A stretch of 64,000 bases of DNA, from contig CAVTFS010000012.1 of the NCBI GenBank assembly GCA_963734005.1, forward strand, positions 127,322-191,321. Direction: 5' to 3'. The DNA is from an uncultured Actinomycetota bacterium. Lineage in GTDB: Bacteria > Actinomycetota > Actinomycetes > Propionibacteriales > Propionibacteriaceae. The position numbers were made by a program, and so were the translations under genes. Under the pieces are notes generated by a model that had not been told where the DNA came from, searched no databases, and saw nothing but the letters and a program-made list of their open reading frames with translations. This document shows positions 20,042-30,199 of the stretch, piece after piece (position 1 is the first letter of the stretch; every line of letters begins with the position of its first letter).

Positions 20042-20902
20042 GTGAGCACGCTGGCGGCACCGTCGCGGTTGAGCCAGCGGGAGCGCCTGCGGCGAGCTAC
20101 CAAGGGTGGCGGGTCGCGGTCGGTGCCGATGCCGTTGCTGGCACCAGCACTCGTCTCGGTTGCGTTTCTCGTGCTGCCGCTGGCAGGGCTCATCGTGCGG
20201 GCCCCGTGGGGGGACCTGTGGTCCATCGTGCGGGGCTCGGACGCATCCCAGGCGCTGCGGCTATCGCTATGGACCTCAACAGTCGCGACCGGCGTATCGC
20301 TGGTGATCGGCGTGCCGCTGGCCTGGGTGCTGGCCCGGACGGACTTTCCTGGGCTGCGGATCCTGCGGGCGCTGGTCACATTGCCGCTGGTGCTGCCACC
20401 GGTGGTCGGCGGGGTAGCGCTGCTGCTGGCCTTTGGGCGTAAGGGATTTGTCGGCAGGTACCTCGACCAGTGGTTCGGCATCACAATCCCGTTCAGCCCG
20501 GCCGCAGTCATCATGGCCGAGACGTTCGTGGCGATGCCTTTCCTGATCATCACCGTGGAGGGGGCGCTCCGATCGGCCGACTTGGGGTTCGAGGAGGCAG
20601 CATCCACGCTGGGGGCTGGCAGGATGACAGTGTTCCGCCGCATCACCGTCCCGATGGTCGCGCCATCGCTGGCGGCCGGCGCTGTGCTGTGCTGGGCACG
20701 GGCCCTCGGCGAGTTCGGCGCGACGATCACCTTCGCCGGGAGCTTTCCCGGGCGCACGCAGACAATGCCGATCGCGGTCTACTACGCGCTCGAGACCGAC
20801 CCCGACGCCGCCATCGTGCTCAGCCTGGTACTCCTGCTGGTGTCGGTCACTGTGCTCGTGACGATGCGGGACAAGTGGCTACGCGGCGGCTCGACTCAGT
20901 GA
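20042..20902 (+). CDS. modB: Molybdate ABC transporter permease
   Basis: LPLVLPPVVGG, EEAASTLGA, ARALGEFGATITFAG. Confidence 0.95.
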   Translation: MSTLAAPSRLSQRERLRRATKGGGSRSVPMPLLAPALVSVAFLVLPLAGLIVRAPWGDLWSIVRGSDASQALRLSLWTSTVATGVSLVIGVPLAWVLARTDFPGLRILRALVTLPLVLPPVVGGVALLLAFGRKGFVGRYLDQWFGITIPFSPAAVIMAETFVAMPFLIITVEGALRSADLGFEEAASTLGAGRMTVFRRITVPMVAPSLAAGAVLCWARALGEFGATITFAGSFPGRTQTMPIAVYYALETDPDAAIVLSLVLLLVSVTVLVTMRDKWLRGGSTQ

Positions 20903-22014
20903 CCTCCGGGATCGGACAAGGGCTCGCAATCGACGCCGAGGTGAGTCGCGGCGAATTCACCCTGCGGGTCAACCTGGCCGCGGCCCCCGGCGAGGTGCTC
21001 GGGATCCTCGGGCCGAACGGCTCCGGCAAATCCACCCTGCTCAACGCGGTGGCCGGGTTGATGCCGGTGTCGAACGGTCGCATCCTGCTCGACGGCCACG
21101 TAGTCGACGACGCGGCCACCGGTGAGTTCCTCGAGGCGGCGGAGCGCCCGGTCGGGTTCGTGTTCCAGAACTACCGGCTCTTTCCCCACATGAGCGTGCT
21201 CGACAACGTCGCCTTTGCCCCGCGGGCCCGCGGCATCAGCCGACACGAAGCCCGTGCGACGGCATCTGGTTGGCTTGCTCGGCTCGGCCTGGAGCCGTTC
21301 GCCGGCCGGCGGCCGGCCGACCTGTCCGGAGGACAGGCCCAGCGTGTAGCGCTGGCGCGGGCTCTGGCCGGAGACCCTGCACTGCTACTGCTCGACGAGC
21401 CTTTGTCGGCACTCGATGCGCGGACGCGCCTTGACGTGCAGACCGAGCTCCGTCACCACCTGTCCGATTTCGGTGGACCATGCCTCCTAGTCACCCACGA
21501 CCCCCTCGAGGCGCTCGTGCTCGCCGATCGCCTCCTCGTGCTAGAGGAAGGCAAGATCGTGCAGGAGGGGATGCCTGCAGAGATCGCCCGGCGGCCAGCA
21601 ACGGAGTACGTCGCGAAGCTAGTCGGGCTGAACCTCTACGCCGGAGACGTCGACGGGCCGAAAGTCAGACTGCGCGATGGCGGCACATTCGTCGTACCCG
21701 ACCATCACCAGCACGGCGAGGTGCTCGTCGCACTCCGCCCGTCGGCCGTGGTCGTCAGCATCGAGCAACCCCACACCAGCGCGCGTAACGCCTGGCAGGC
21801 GACCATCGTCGGGCTCACATTGCTCACCGACCGCGTCCGGATCGACTTGGAGGGCGAGCCGTCGGCCTTGGTGGACGTCACCCCGAGCGCCGTCTCTGAG
21901 CTCGAGCTGACCTCCGGCAGCAGAGTGTGGCTGACGGCTAAGGCGACGGATCTCGAAGTTTACGGCGCCGACGTTCCAGCGCGTACTGGAAGTCTGTCCT
22001 CGCCCGATCGGTGA
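20899..22014 (+). CDS. modC: Molybdate ABC transporter ATP-binding protein
   Basis: GPNGSGKST, LSGGQAQRVALARAL, LLLDEP, C-terminal TOBE; GTGA overlap with modB. Confidence 0.92.
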   Translation: MTSGIGQGLAIDAEVSRGEFTLRVNLAAAPGEVLGILGPNGSGKSTLLNAVAGLMPVSNGRILLDGHVVDDAATGEFLEAAERPVGFVFQNYRLFPHMSVLDNVAFAPRARGISRHEARATASGWLARLGLEPFAGRRPADLSGGQAQRVALARALAGDPALLLLDEPLSALDARTRLDVQTELRHHLSDFGGPCLLVTHDPLEALVLADRLLVLEEGKIVQEGMPAEIARRPATEYVAKLVGLNLYAGDVDGPKVRLRDGGTFVVPDHHQHGEVLVALRPSAVVVSIEQPHTSARNAWQATIVGLTLLTDRVRIDLEGEPSALVDVTPSAVSELELTSGSRVWLTAKATDLEVYGADVPARTGSLSSPDR

Positions 22015-22055
22015 CCTCGTTCGTACTCGCGCCACCGAATGTGCCGCTTTAGGTG

Positions 22056-22265
22056 TCAGCTGTCGACGGCCAGGATGACGTCGGAGGCCTTGACGATGGC
22101 AGTCACGGCGCTGCCCTCGGCGATGCCGAGCTCATCTACGGCCTCGATCGTGACCGATGCGACGAGCCGGGTGCCCTTGGCGTCAAGCTCGACGTTCGCG
22201 ATGGCTTCTCCGCGGGTGATGCTGGTGACGCGGGCAGGGATCTGGTTGCGTGCGCTGATCTTCAC
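22056..22265 (-). CDS. Molybdopterin-binding (Mop/molbindin) TOBE protein
   Basis: MKISARNQ...AIVKASDVIL, 69 aa. Confidence 0.9.
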   Translation of the reverse strand: MKISARNQIPARVTSITRGEAIANVELDAKGTRLVASVTIEAVDELGIAEGSAVTAIVKASDVILAVDS

Positions 22266-22465
22266 GGAAGATAGATGTTAGTCGGCCGGCACGACCAAGC
22301 CGATAAGGGGTCCGCGTCACCGAGAGCATCGGTGGATTCACGGCGGCGTGGTCACAGTGACCTCCTGGCCTTGATGCTGGCCAACGCGTGTGGCAGCGTC
22401 AGCGAACAATCTCGCGACCGCCAAGGTCATCGCGCTTGCAGTCGGATTGTTGACGCGCCGAGCGG

Positions 22466-23677
22466 ATGTCGCAGCATGAGGCCCCGGCGTGCCCCAAACT
22501 TTGCTGCGTGCCTGTGCAGAACCCTCGCGGGGTGCCCGCCAGCGATCCAGATCGTCTGATCAAGTGGTTCATCGGGGTCGTGGTGATTGGAGTGGCAGTC
22601 AATCTGCTTGGCGGCTTTGTTCTGGAGCAGAAGTGGGCATGGCTTCCTCCCGCGGTCTTTGTTGCAGCGCTGTTGGTTGCTGTGCCGAGTACTGGTCTTC
22701 TGCGGCGGGAGCGTTACCGCACAACGCGGGCTCGGGGCATGGCTGTGCTAGCGCTGACCGGCTATCTGGCGGTCGTGGTGTGGGGATCGGTGACTGAGTG
22801 GCCCCTTGCCGTGATGATCTTGTCCGTGGCGTTCCTCTGGGAGGCTGGGGTGATGCTCATGTGGTCGACCCTGCGAAGTCGCGCGGACGTCGGCCATGTC
22901 GCCATGGGGACAGCCTGTTTGCTGGTGGGTTCGGCGTTCTTGCTGCTCGGGATCGCAAACCCGCCGCATGCATGGACACTGGGCATGGTCGCGGGTTTGG
23001 TCGTTAGGGTCGCGTTCCTCCTGCTCGGCGTCGCGGCGCTGCTGCTCGGGGTCGCGGCCCTGCTGGACAGATGGACACTGGTGGGGGTCCCATTCCTGCT
23101 GTTCGGAGTCGCGGCCCTGCTGGGCGGTGTTGCGGCCTTGCTGGACGGATGGACTCTGGTGGGGGTCGCGCTGCTGTTGGGCCCGGTTACGGCCCTGCTG
23201 CTCGGGGTCGCGTTCCTGCTGGACAGATGGACACTGGCTGGAGTCCCGGTCCTGATGGGCGCGGTCGCGGCCCCGCTGAGCGGTGTTGTGGCCTTGCTGG
23301 CTGGATGGACGCTGATGGGGGTCGCGTTCCTGCTGTTCGGACTCGCGCTCTTGTTGGGTGGTGTCGCGGCCTTGCTGGTCGGATGGACGCTGGTGGGGGT
23401 CCCATTCCTGCTGTTCGGAGTCGCGGCCATGCTGGGTAGTGTTGCGGCCTTGCTGGCCGGATGGACACCTGTGGCGGTCGCGTTCCTACTGCTCGGGGTC
23501 GCGGCGCTGCTGGGCGGTGTCGCGCTCCTGTATCGTCCTGAATTGCCGCGGCGGCTGGTGGCGTGGCTGACCAAGCGAGACATGGCCGGTTCTTTCGCCT
23601 CCGACCGAGGCACAGCAACTCACGAATTGAGCGAGGAAGGTCCTCCCAGCCCTGAGCACAGTCAATCGGGCCATTGA
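22466..23677 (+). CDS. Highly hydrophobic membrane protein with 26-aa tandem repeats (start uncertain)
   Basis: Many TM segments; repeated xxWTLVGVxFLLFGVAALLGGVAALL units. Confidence 0.65.
   Translation: MSQHEAPACPKLCCVPVQNPRGVPASDPDRLIKWFIGVVVIGVAVNLLGGFVLEQKWAWLPPAVFVAALLVAVPSTGLLRRERYRTTRARGMAVLALTGYLAVVVWGSVTEWPLAVMILSVAFLWEAGVMLMWSTLRSRADVGHVAMGTACLLVGSAFLLLGIANPPHAWTLGMVAGLVVRVAFLLLGVAALLLGVAALLDRWTLVGVPFLLFGVAALLGGVAALLDGWTLVGVALLLGPVTALLLGVAFLLDRWTLAGVPVLMGAVAAPLSGVVALLAGWTLMGVAFLLFGLALLLGGVAALLVGWTLVGVPFLLFGVAAMLGSVAALLAGWTPVAVAFLLLGVAALLGGVALLYRPELPRRLVAWLTKRDMAGSFASDRGTATHELSEEGPPSPEHSQSGH
23066..23530 (+). repeat. About six in-frame 78-bp tandem repeat units
   Basis: GATGGAC motif recurs every 78 bp (units start 23066, 23144, 23222...); 21-bp sub-repeat. 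Confidence 0.9.
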
Positions 23678-23791
23678 GCAGCCCGGCACGGTGCGTGACG
23701 GGTCGTCAGAGATCAGAACCTGGACGGTCGTTGCGTCGTCCGTCGAGCGCAGATGCCCCTCGCTCCTAGCACGTCCTCGGTGATCTGACCG

Positions 23792-24583
23792 CTAGTCGTC
23801 CAGACCGCCCATGGTCAGGTTGACGGTGGTTCCGGTCATCCCGCTCGCCTTGTCGGAAGCAATGAAGGCAGCCACGTTTGCCATCTCGTTCAGTGTCATG
23901 AGCCGTTTCGGGTGGGTCTTGCTTGCGAGCAATGCTTGCCACTGTTCCCAGGTCATTCCCGATGCCGTGGCGCGGGGCTCGAAGGCTTCCTTGATCGTGC
24001 GGGTCTCCGGCATGGCTTGTGGTCGCAGACCAACCACGCGAATGCCGTGTGGTGCGAGCTCGGCGGATAGATCTCGGGTGAGTGCCTCCATGGCGGCCAT
24101 CGCTGGACCGTAGCCTCCCACCAGTGGGATGCCGGTGCGCGAGTGGAGTGCGGTGACTCTGATGATCACCCCCGATTTGTTCGGAATCATGTGTCGTGCG
24201 GCTAGGCGCGCGGTCAGGAAGTACGACGTCGTGTAGGTCGTGATCGGCAGGGAGAACTGCTCGACAGCCATCTCGACTAGAGGCACACCCAGAATCTTGG
24301 TGTCCGGGATGCCGACCGCATTGAAGGAGATATCGACTCGTCCCGCCTTGTCGATGACGGACTGGAGATGGTTGTCCATAGCCTGCTCGTTGAGAGCGTC
24401 TACCTCTGCCGCCTCGGCGGATCCGCCAGCGGAAACGATGTCCTTGGCGAGGACTTCGACGGGTGCCAGGCAGCGCCCGGTGAGGAAAAGATGGGCCCCC
24501 TCAGACGCAAAGGTGCTTGCGACAGCGCTGCCGATCGCGCCTCCGGCTCCGTAGATCACCGCAACCTTGTCTTTCAGCATCAT
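23792..24583 (-). CDS. SDR family NAD(P)-dependent oxidoreductase
   Basis: LKDKVAVIYGAGGAIG, GRVDISFNAVG, ELAPHGIRVV; YxxxK appears as YGPAM (atypical). Confidence 0.88.
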   Translation of the reverse strand: MMLKDKVAVIYGAGGAIGSAVASTFASEGAHLFLTGRCLAPVEVLAKDIVSAGGSAEAAEVDALNEQAMDNHLQSVIDKAGRVDISFNAVGIPDTKILGVPLVEMAVEQFSLPITTYTTSYFLTARLAARHMIPNKSGVIIRVTALHSRTGIPLVGGYGPAMAAMEALTRDLSAELAPHGIRVVGLRPQAMPETRTIKEAFEPRATASGMTWEQWQALLASKTHPKRLMTLNEMANVAAFIASDKASGMTGTTVNLTMGGLDD

Positions 24584-24816
24584 CTTTGATTCCTTTCTGC
24601 GCCGGGTGGTCGCGCTCGCCCGCCTCATGAGTTGAGACCGACGGCTGAAGCTCATCTGCGCGTGGCTGTCTTTTCGCCGACGTCCGGATCATCCGAGCCG
24701 TCGATCATGCTGACACCGCGACCTCGAGAAAGTGGGCGCCCAGAGCGCGATCCACGCGGAGCGGAGCGAAGCAATCAACTCCGCCCAGTTCGCCCCGCGA
24801 CCGGTGTCGATACAGG

Positions 24817-25947
24817 ATGGAACTGCGACAAGCTACGGGGGAGGAGCTGCGAGCGTCGGAGATAGCGCGCCGCCGACGCCGCGGATCCAAGAGGGCGATG
24901 CGCGAGCAGCTCAGGAAGAGGGTGACGCGAGTGGAGCTGGTGCCAGCGGACCTGATCTCAAGGGCCCGGGCTGGAGACGGCGAGGCGTTCCGAGCGCTGA
25001 CCGAGCCGCACCGCCGAGAGCTACAGGTGCACTGCTACCGGATGCTCGGATCCTTCCAGGACGCCGAGGACGCCCTTCAGGACACGCTGCTAGCTGCCTG
25101 GCAGGGCCTCGGCGGGTTCGAGGGCCGCGCCTCGATCCGCACCTGGCTGTACCGGATCGCGACCAACCGGTGCCTCAACGCTCTTCGCGCGGCCAGCCGA
25201 CGCCCCGCCAAGGAGTGGGACATGCCCCAGGTTGAACCGCCCGAACCGACCCGGCTCAGCGAAGTCGTATGGCTCGAGCCATATCCCGACGCCCTTCTCG
25301 AGGGGACGATCCACGTGCCGGTCGGCCCCGAGGCCCGCTACGCACAGACCGAAGCCATCTCCCTGGCCTTCGTGACCGCTCTTCAGGTCCTGCCGCCTCG
25401 CCAGCTCGCCGTCCTCATCTTGCGAGACGTCCTCGGATTCCACGCGAACGAGGTGGCCGACATGCTGGACTCGACCGTCGAATCGGTCAACAGCGCCCTC
25501 AAACGGGCCCGCGCCAACCTCCAGCGCCGCCTGCCGCCGACCGACGAGCGCGAACCGGCTCCAGCGCCCGACTCACCCTCCGAACAGGCGCTCATGGCGA
25601 ACTTCGTTCGCGCCTACGAGTCCGGCGATGTCGACGCGCTGGTCGGCTTGCTCACCGACGATGTATTCCTCTCCATGCCGCCGATTCCCCTCGAATACCA
25701 GGGTCGCGACATCGTGGCCCGCCTCTTCGCCAGCATCTTCGGCTCAGGCCGAAGGGTCGACCTCGTGCCGACGCGAGCCAACGGCCAGCCGGCGTTCGGG
25801 GTCTACCTCCGCGCCTCCACCGGCATCCGCCATGGAACCGGCCTGTTCGTCCTCACCCTCACCGGCGACCGGATCTGCGCCTTCACCCGTTTCGACAACA
25901 GCGTGCTCCCATGGTTCGGGCTGCCGCGGTCGCTCACAAGCCGCTAG
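24817..25947 (+). CDS. ECF sigma-70 factor, SigG/ECF56-like with SnoaL C-terminal domain (start may be about 24898)
   Basis: HCYRMLGSFQDAEDALQDT, WLYRIATNRCL, WLEPYPD, VNSALKRARA, TRANGQPAFG. Confidence 0.9.
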   Translation: MELRQATGEELRASEIARRRRRGSKRAMREQLRKRVTRVELVPADLISRARAGDGEAFRALTEPHRRELQVHCYRMLGSFQDAEDALQDTLLAAWQGLGGFEGRASIRTWLYRIATNRCLNALRAASRRPAKEWDMPQVEPPEPTRLSEVVWLEPYPDALLEGTIHVPVGPEARYAQTEAISLAFVTALQVLPPRQLAVLILRDVLGFHANEVADMLDSTVESVNSALKRARANLQRRLPPTDEREPAPAPDSPSEQALMANFVRAYESGDVDALVGLLTDDVFLSMPPIPLEYQGRDIVARLFASIFGSGRRVDLVPTRANGQPAFGVYLRASTGIRHGTGLFVLTLTGDRICAFTRFDNSVLPWFGLPRSLTSR

Positions 25948-26029
25948 GCAGCTTCCGAGCGAGCTCCGCATCATCGATGCGAACCGCCCAGGCTTGGCGG
26001 ATGTCACGATCCCACGGAATGGCGGAACG

Positions 26030-26461
26030 TCACTTCGCGGCCACGTCAGGAGCTTCCATGGCGGGGCAGGTGTTCATGACGACATCCAAGCCGACTGCGC
26101 GGGCGCGTTCGGCGGCGGCTTCGTCGATCACACCGAGCTGAAGCCACACGGCCTCGATGCCCAATCGATCCTTCTCGGCGATGGCCTGGTCGACGACCGC
26201 GCCCACCCGCTGGCTGTTCACAAAGCAGTCCACGACCTGGACCGAGCCGGGGACGTCAGCGAGCCGGCGATATCCCCGCTCCCCCAGTGCGTCCTCGCCG
26301 CGAAGATTGACGGGGACGATGCTCATGCCGAGCTGGTCGCGCAGATACCGGCCGATGCTGTACGCAGTGCGCTTGGTGTTGGCGGACAAACCGATGACGG
26401 CCCAGGTCGCCGGCGTCGTCAACAGCCGTTTGATCACTTCGGGGTCGCGCCACGTCCTCAC
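26030..26461 (-). CDS. CoA-binding protein (YccU-like)
   Basis: WAVIGLS, IVPVN, VDCF, AVWLQLGV, VVMNTCP. Confidence 0.88.
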   Translation of the reverse strand: MRTWRDPEVIKRLLTTPATWAVIGLSANTKRTAYSIGRYLRDQLGMSIVPVNLRGEDALGERGYRRLADVPGSVQVVDCFVNSQRVGAVVDQAIAEKDRLGIEAVWLQLGVIDEAAAERARAVGLDVVMNTCPAMEAPDVAAK

Positions 26462-26765
26462 AACAAGATCCTTGCCGATCCGGCCAGGGTTCAGCCACCG
26501 GGGCCATATCGTGTTGGGTCATAGGTCATAGGTCGCTGCGAACCGTCGCGAGGCGGCCGACCGGCGCCAGCGAGACGAGCTCGCACATCGGCTCGTCCAT
26601 GTTTAGACGTTAACTTGACGCCCGTTGGAGCAGGGCGGGACGCCAGGTCACTCACCACAACCACAAGATCAGGTGGTCGACGTTTTGAACGTCACGAGCG
26701 GTAGCGTGTGATCACCCTCTAATCCTGTGTTCGGCACCCTCACGTGCCCGCGAGAGGACTCCGTC

Positions 26766-28283
26766 ATGACCGCACCAGGTCCGCCCAGCACTCCGCTCGC
26801 CGCCGACGAGGAGCACCTTGCCGCACTGGGCTACGGAGGCGACTTCCACCGCTCGATGAGCCTGTGGTCCAATCTCGCTCTCGGGTTCACCTACCTCTCG
26901 CCGCTGGTCGGGGTGTACTCGCTGTTCGCGTACAGCCTGTCGCTGGGTGGGCCGCCCGCGATCTGGTGGATCGTGATCGTGGGATGCGGCCAGATGCTGG
27001 TGGCCCTGGTCTTCGGCGAGGTCGTGTCGCAGTACCCGCTGGCGGGCGGCATCTACCAGTGGTGCAGGCGGCTATGGGGCCGTCGATACGCCTGGATCGT
27101 CTCGTGGGTGTACCTGTGGGCGGTCATCGTCACCGTGACAGCAGTAGCCGAGTTCGGTGGCGGGTTCGTCGCCGCGCTGTTCGGGCTCGAGGCCACGCCC
27201 CTCGTCGGCCTGATCACCGCTGTCGCGCTGCTGTTGCTCGCGCTGGCATTCAACTTCTCCGGCACGCACATGCTCGCGCGGGTGGCGAAGATCGGGCTTG
27301 GGGCCGAGCTTGCCGGCGTCATAGCGCTGGGCCTGTACCTGCTGATATTCGACCGCAAGCAGCCGTTCTCGGTGTTCTTCGACCCCGTCGGTGCGGGCGG
27401 GGATCAGGCGTACCTGATCACGTTCCTCGGGGCCTCCCTGTCCGGGTTGTTCCTCTTCTACGGGTTCGAGGCATGCGGCAGCGTCGCCGAGGAGGTCAAG
27501 GACCCGACGCGCCGCATCCCGAAAGCCATGATCATGACGATCCTGATCGGCGGGGTGTCCGGGCTCCTGTCGTATGCCGGGTATGTGCTTGCTGCGCCGG
27601 ACCTGCAGGCGATCGTGGACGGCAATGAACCCGACCCGATCCCGTCGATCCTCGAGGACGCGCTCGGCACCGTCGGATCGAAGGTGTTCCTGGTCGTCGC
27701 GATCACGGCGTTCGTCTCCTGCGTGCTGTCCTTGCAGGCAGCAGCCAGCCGGCTGCTCTACGGCTCGGCCCGGGACCGGATGCTGCCGTTCAGCCAGTGG
27801 CTCTCGCGCATGTCTGCGAAGCATGCCGTACCCACCAATTCCCTGCTCGTTGCCTGCGTGGTGCCGATCGCGCTCTGCCTGTTTGTCTTCTGGCGGCCGG
27901 ACTCCCTGGCCAGGGTCACTGCGTTCGCGGTGCTCGGTATCTACATCGCCTTCCAAGCGGTGGTGCTCGCGGCCCTGCGGCAGCGCCTCCGCGGTTGGCG
28001 CCCGGCCGGGTTGTGGAACCTTGGATCGGCTGGGATGGCCGTCAACGTGGCCGCGCTCGCCTACGGAATCTTCGCGATGTTCCTGCTGGCCCGGCCAGGC
28101 GCGGGCGACACCTTCCTCGACCGGTGGATCGTGATCATCGGCGCGATCCTTGTCTTCACCACCGGGCTGGCGTACATGTTCATCGCCAAGCCCTACGACC
28201 GCTCCGAGGGCATCCCCGAGGGCGACGCGGTTGAGGTCGCGGCCCAACTGCGGAGCCTCCGCGAGCAGTCACCCACCGGTTGA
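26766..28283 (+). CDS. APC family amino acid/polyamine permease
   Basis: LGFTYLSP, YPLAGGIYQW, GFEACGSVAEE, about 12 TMs. Confidence 0.9.
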   Translation: MTAPGPPSTPLAADEEHLAALGYGGDFHRSMSLWSNLALGFTYLSPLVGVYSLFAYSLSLGGPPAIWWIVIVGCGQMLVALVFGEVVSQYPLAGGIYQWCRRLWGRRYAWIVSWVYLWAVIVTVTAVAEFGGGFVAALFGLEATPLVGLITAVALLLLALAFNFSGTHMLARVAKIGLGAELAGVIALGLYLLIFDRKQPFSVFFDPVGAGGDQAYLITFLGASLSGLFLFYGFEACGSVAEEVKDPTRRIPKAMIMTILIGGVSGLLSYAGYVLAAPDLQAIVDGNEPDPIPSILEDALGTVGSKVFLVVAITAFVSCVLSLQAAASRLLYGSARDRMLPFSQWLSRMSAKHAVPTNSLLVACVVPIALCLFVFWRPDSLARVTAFAVLGIYIAFQAVVLAALRQRLRGWRPAGLWNLGSAGMAVNVAALAYGIFAMFLLARPGAGDTFLDRWIVIIGAILVFTTGLAYMFIAKPYDRSEGIPEGDAVEVAAQLRSLREQSPTG

Positions 28284-28338
28284 ACCACGTCTCGCGAGCA
28301 TCCGGTTGCCAGGCACCGACGCGCCCTGGCGGCGTAAG

Positions 28339-28674
28339 TCAATACGGGAGGATTGGCTTTGGGTGCCGCGCCGGCGCCTCCGGCGGCGCCGGGTAGGCCT
28401 CGCCGCTCGGCTGGCCAGGCCCGAGGTCCAGCTCGGGCTCTTGGCCCGCCACCAGCGTCTCGTCGGCGAAGTGCTCGTGCATCCACTTCAGATGGTCGTT
28501 CCGACTCTCGATAATCCGCAGCGTGTCCCACACTGGCATGTTCTGCTGGGCGAACTGCTGACCCATCAGCTCCGGGTCAACCTCGTAGACGTGCTGCATC
28601 CGGATGACCACACCGTCGGACACCCGGGTGGCTTCGGGGCGGACGTACTCCTGCTTGTAGACGAACCGTCGCAT
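28339..28674 (-). CDS. Hypothetical protein, last gene of the Fe-S/FAD operon
   Basis: 111 aa, GAGGG RBS, 10 bp after the FAD oxidase stop codon. Confidence 0.7.
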   Translation of the reverse strand: MRRFVYKQEYVRPEATRVSDGVVIRMQHVYEVDPELMGQQFAQQNMPVWDTLRIIESRNDHLKWMHEHFADETLVAGQEPELDLGPGQPSGEAYPAPPEAPARHPKPILPY

Positions 28675-28684
28675 CGATTGGCCC

Positions 28685-30199
28685 TCAGCTCTCGTAAGCC
28701 TGGTCCAGCATTTGCTTGCCGGGGTTCATGATGTTGTTGGGATCGAGTGCCCGCTTGACCTTGAGCATGACGTCCCAGCCGCCGCCCATCTCTTCGGGAA
28801 CTAGCTCGGCGTCGCCGGCTCTCGTGCTGCCGTGGCAGTTGGTAATCGACCCGCCGTACTTGAGCGACACCTTCGCAATCTCGGACTTGAAGTCGACCCA
28901 GCCGGCCCACGTCTCGTCGTCGAGTTTCTCCTCCCAGATCCCGATATCAATCTCGGCGAGGTAGTCACCCCAGGGCTTGTACGACGCGCTGGTGTAGCAG
29001 TAGATCCCCCAGTTGTCGAAGATGCCGTACCTGTCGATGTATCTCTGGGCTATCGCCGTCCACTCCTCGCGTACCTTCGGGATCACGCTCCAGGTCAGCG
29101 ACGCGTCCTCGCAGTGCCAGGACATCGGGGCGACGGTGCCGTCCTTGAGGCGGCCATGCAGTGGGTTGGCGTAGCGGTCGTGTCGTGACGCCCAGTCACC
29201 GAGCGCCATCTCGTCGCCGGTGTAGCGCCCGCCTTCCTTCCTCCCGAGGTCCATCAGCAGCTTCGAGGCCTCGCGTACCTCCGGCTTCGTCCCGTACAGG
29301 GCGGTTGCCACGATGGAGTTCACCCAGGGCGGCATGGGGATGAAGGCCTCGTCGTCGCGTCGCAGGTACTCGATCTTCTTCTCGTCGAAGAGCACGGTGC
29401 CTGCGAGGGTAGCGATACCCGATGTGACGATTCCGTGCACGGTGCGATGAGCATTGAGAAAGTCGTCGAAGGCGAAGAAGGCGGCGAACTCCGCCTCAGG
29501 CCTTGGCACTAGCTCCAGCGTCGCTTCGGTGACGATGCCCAGCGTGCCTTGATGACCCATGAACAAGTGCTTGAGGTGGTAGCCCGTCGAGGACTTGCGG
29601 ATCTTCTTCCCGCCGCCGTCTCCGACCCTGATGATCTCTCCTGTCGGCAGCACGATCTCGAAGGACATGACCAGGTCGCGGGTATGCCCGAAGCGGGTGC
29701 CCAACAGCGAGAAGCCGCTGCATGCGATCCGCCCACCCACCAAGGAGCACGGGTACGACGCTGGCGTGTCAGGGTAGAAGACGCCGTACTGCTTGAGCTC
29801 CTCGTTGAGCTTGAGCATGCTGATGCCAGGCCCGACCGTGACAGTCCGATCGGCCAAGTCGATCTCATGGATCTGGTTCATCCGCTTCACGTCGACCAGG
29901 ATCCCGCCGCGAAGCGGGACCGCTCCGTCGTTGAGGCCAGTCCCGCCCGCCCGCGGTACGACCGGAATCCTGGCGCGGTTGGCCAGCTTGAGGATCTCCG
30001 ACACCTGCTGTGCGGTTCGCGGCAGCACCACGACCGCCGGCATGTGCTCTGCCCACCTGTGCACCGGGAAGGGCGCGGGCACACGGGCTCGATTGGCCCG
30101 GCTCGATACCCCGGTCAGCACAGATCCGGGCTCGTCCATGATCGCTTCGAGCTCGGTGACAACGGCGTCGTCGACTGTCATCACGGGAGCGGCGGTCAT
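28685..30199 (-). CDS. FAD-binding oxidoreductase (GlcD / D-2-hydroxyacid dehydrogenase superfamily)
   Basis: VVPRAGGTGL, GHQGTLGIVTE, LDPNNIMNPGK; ATGA-coupled to the upstream gene. Confidence 0.9.
   Translation of the reverse strand: MTAAPVMTVDDAVVTELEAIMDEPGSVLTGVSSRANRARVPAPFPVHRWAEHMPAVVVLPRTAQQVSEILKLANRARIPVVPRAGGTGLNDGAVPLRGGILVDVKRMNQIHEIDLADRTVTVGPGISMLKLNEELKQYGVFYPDTPASYPCSLVGGRIACSGFSLLGTRFGHTRDLVMSFEIVLPTGEIIRVGDGGGKKIRKSSTGYHLKHLFMGHQGTLGIVTEATLELVPRPEAEFAAFFAFDDFLNAHRTVHGIVTSGIATLAGTVLFDEKKIEYLRRDDEAFIPMPPWVNSIVATALYGTKPEVREASKLLMDLGRKEGGRYTGDEMALGDWASRHDRYANPLHGRLKDGTVAPMSWHCEDASLTWSVIPKVREEWTAIAQRYIDRYGIFDNWGIYCYTSASYKPWGDYLAEIDIGIWEEKLDDETWAGWVDFKSEIAKVSLKYGGSITNCHGSTRAGDAELVPEEMGGGWDVMLKVKRALDPNNIMNPGKQMLDQAYES

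Noticed and set aside
23066-23530. CRISPR array
   Set aside because: In-frame coding tandem repeats with no unique spacers.
24636-24657. SigG-type promoter for the SDR gene
   Set aside because: AGATGA to GTC spacing is 13 nt rather than 18.
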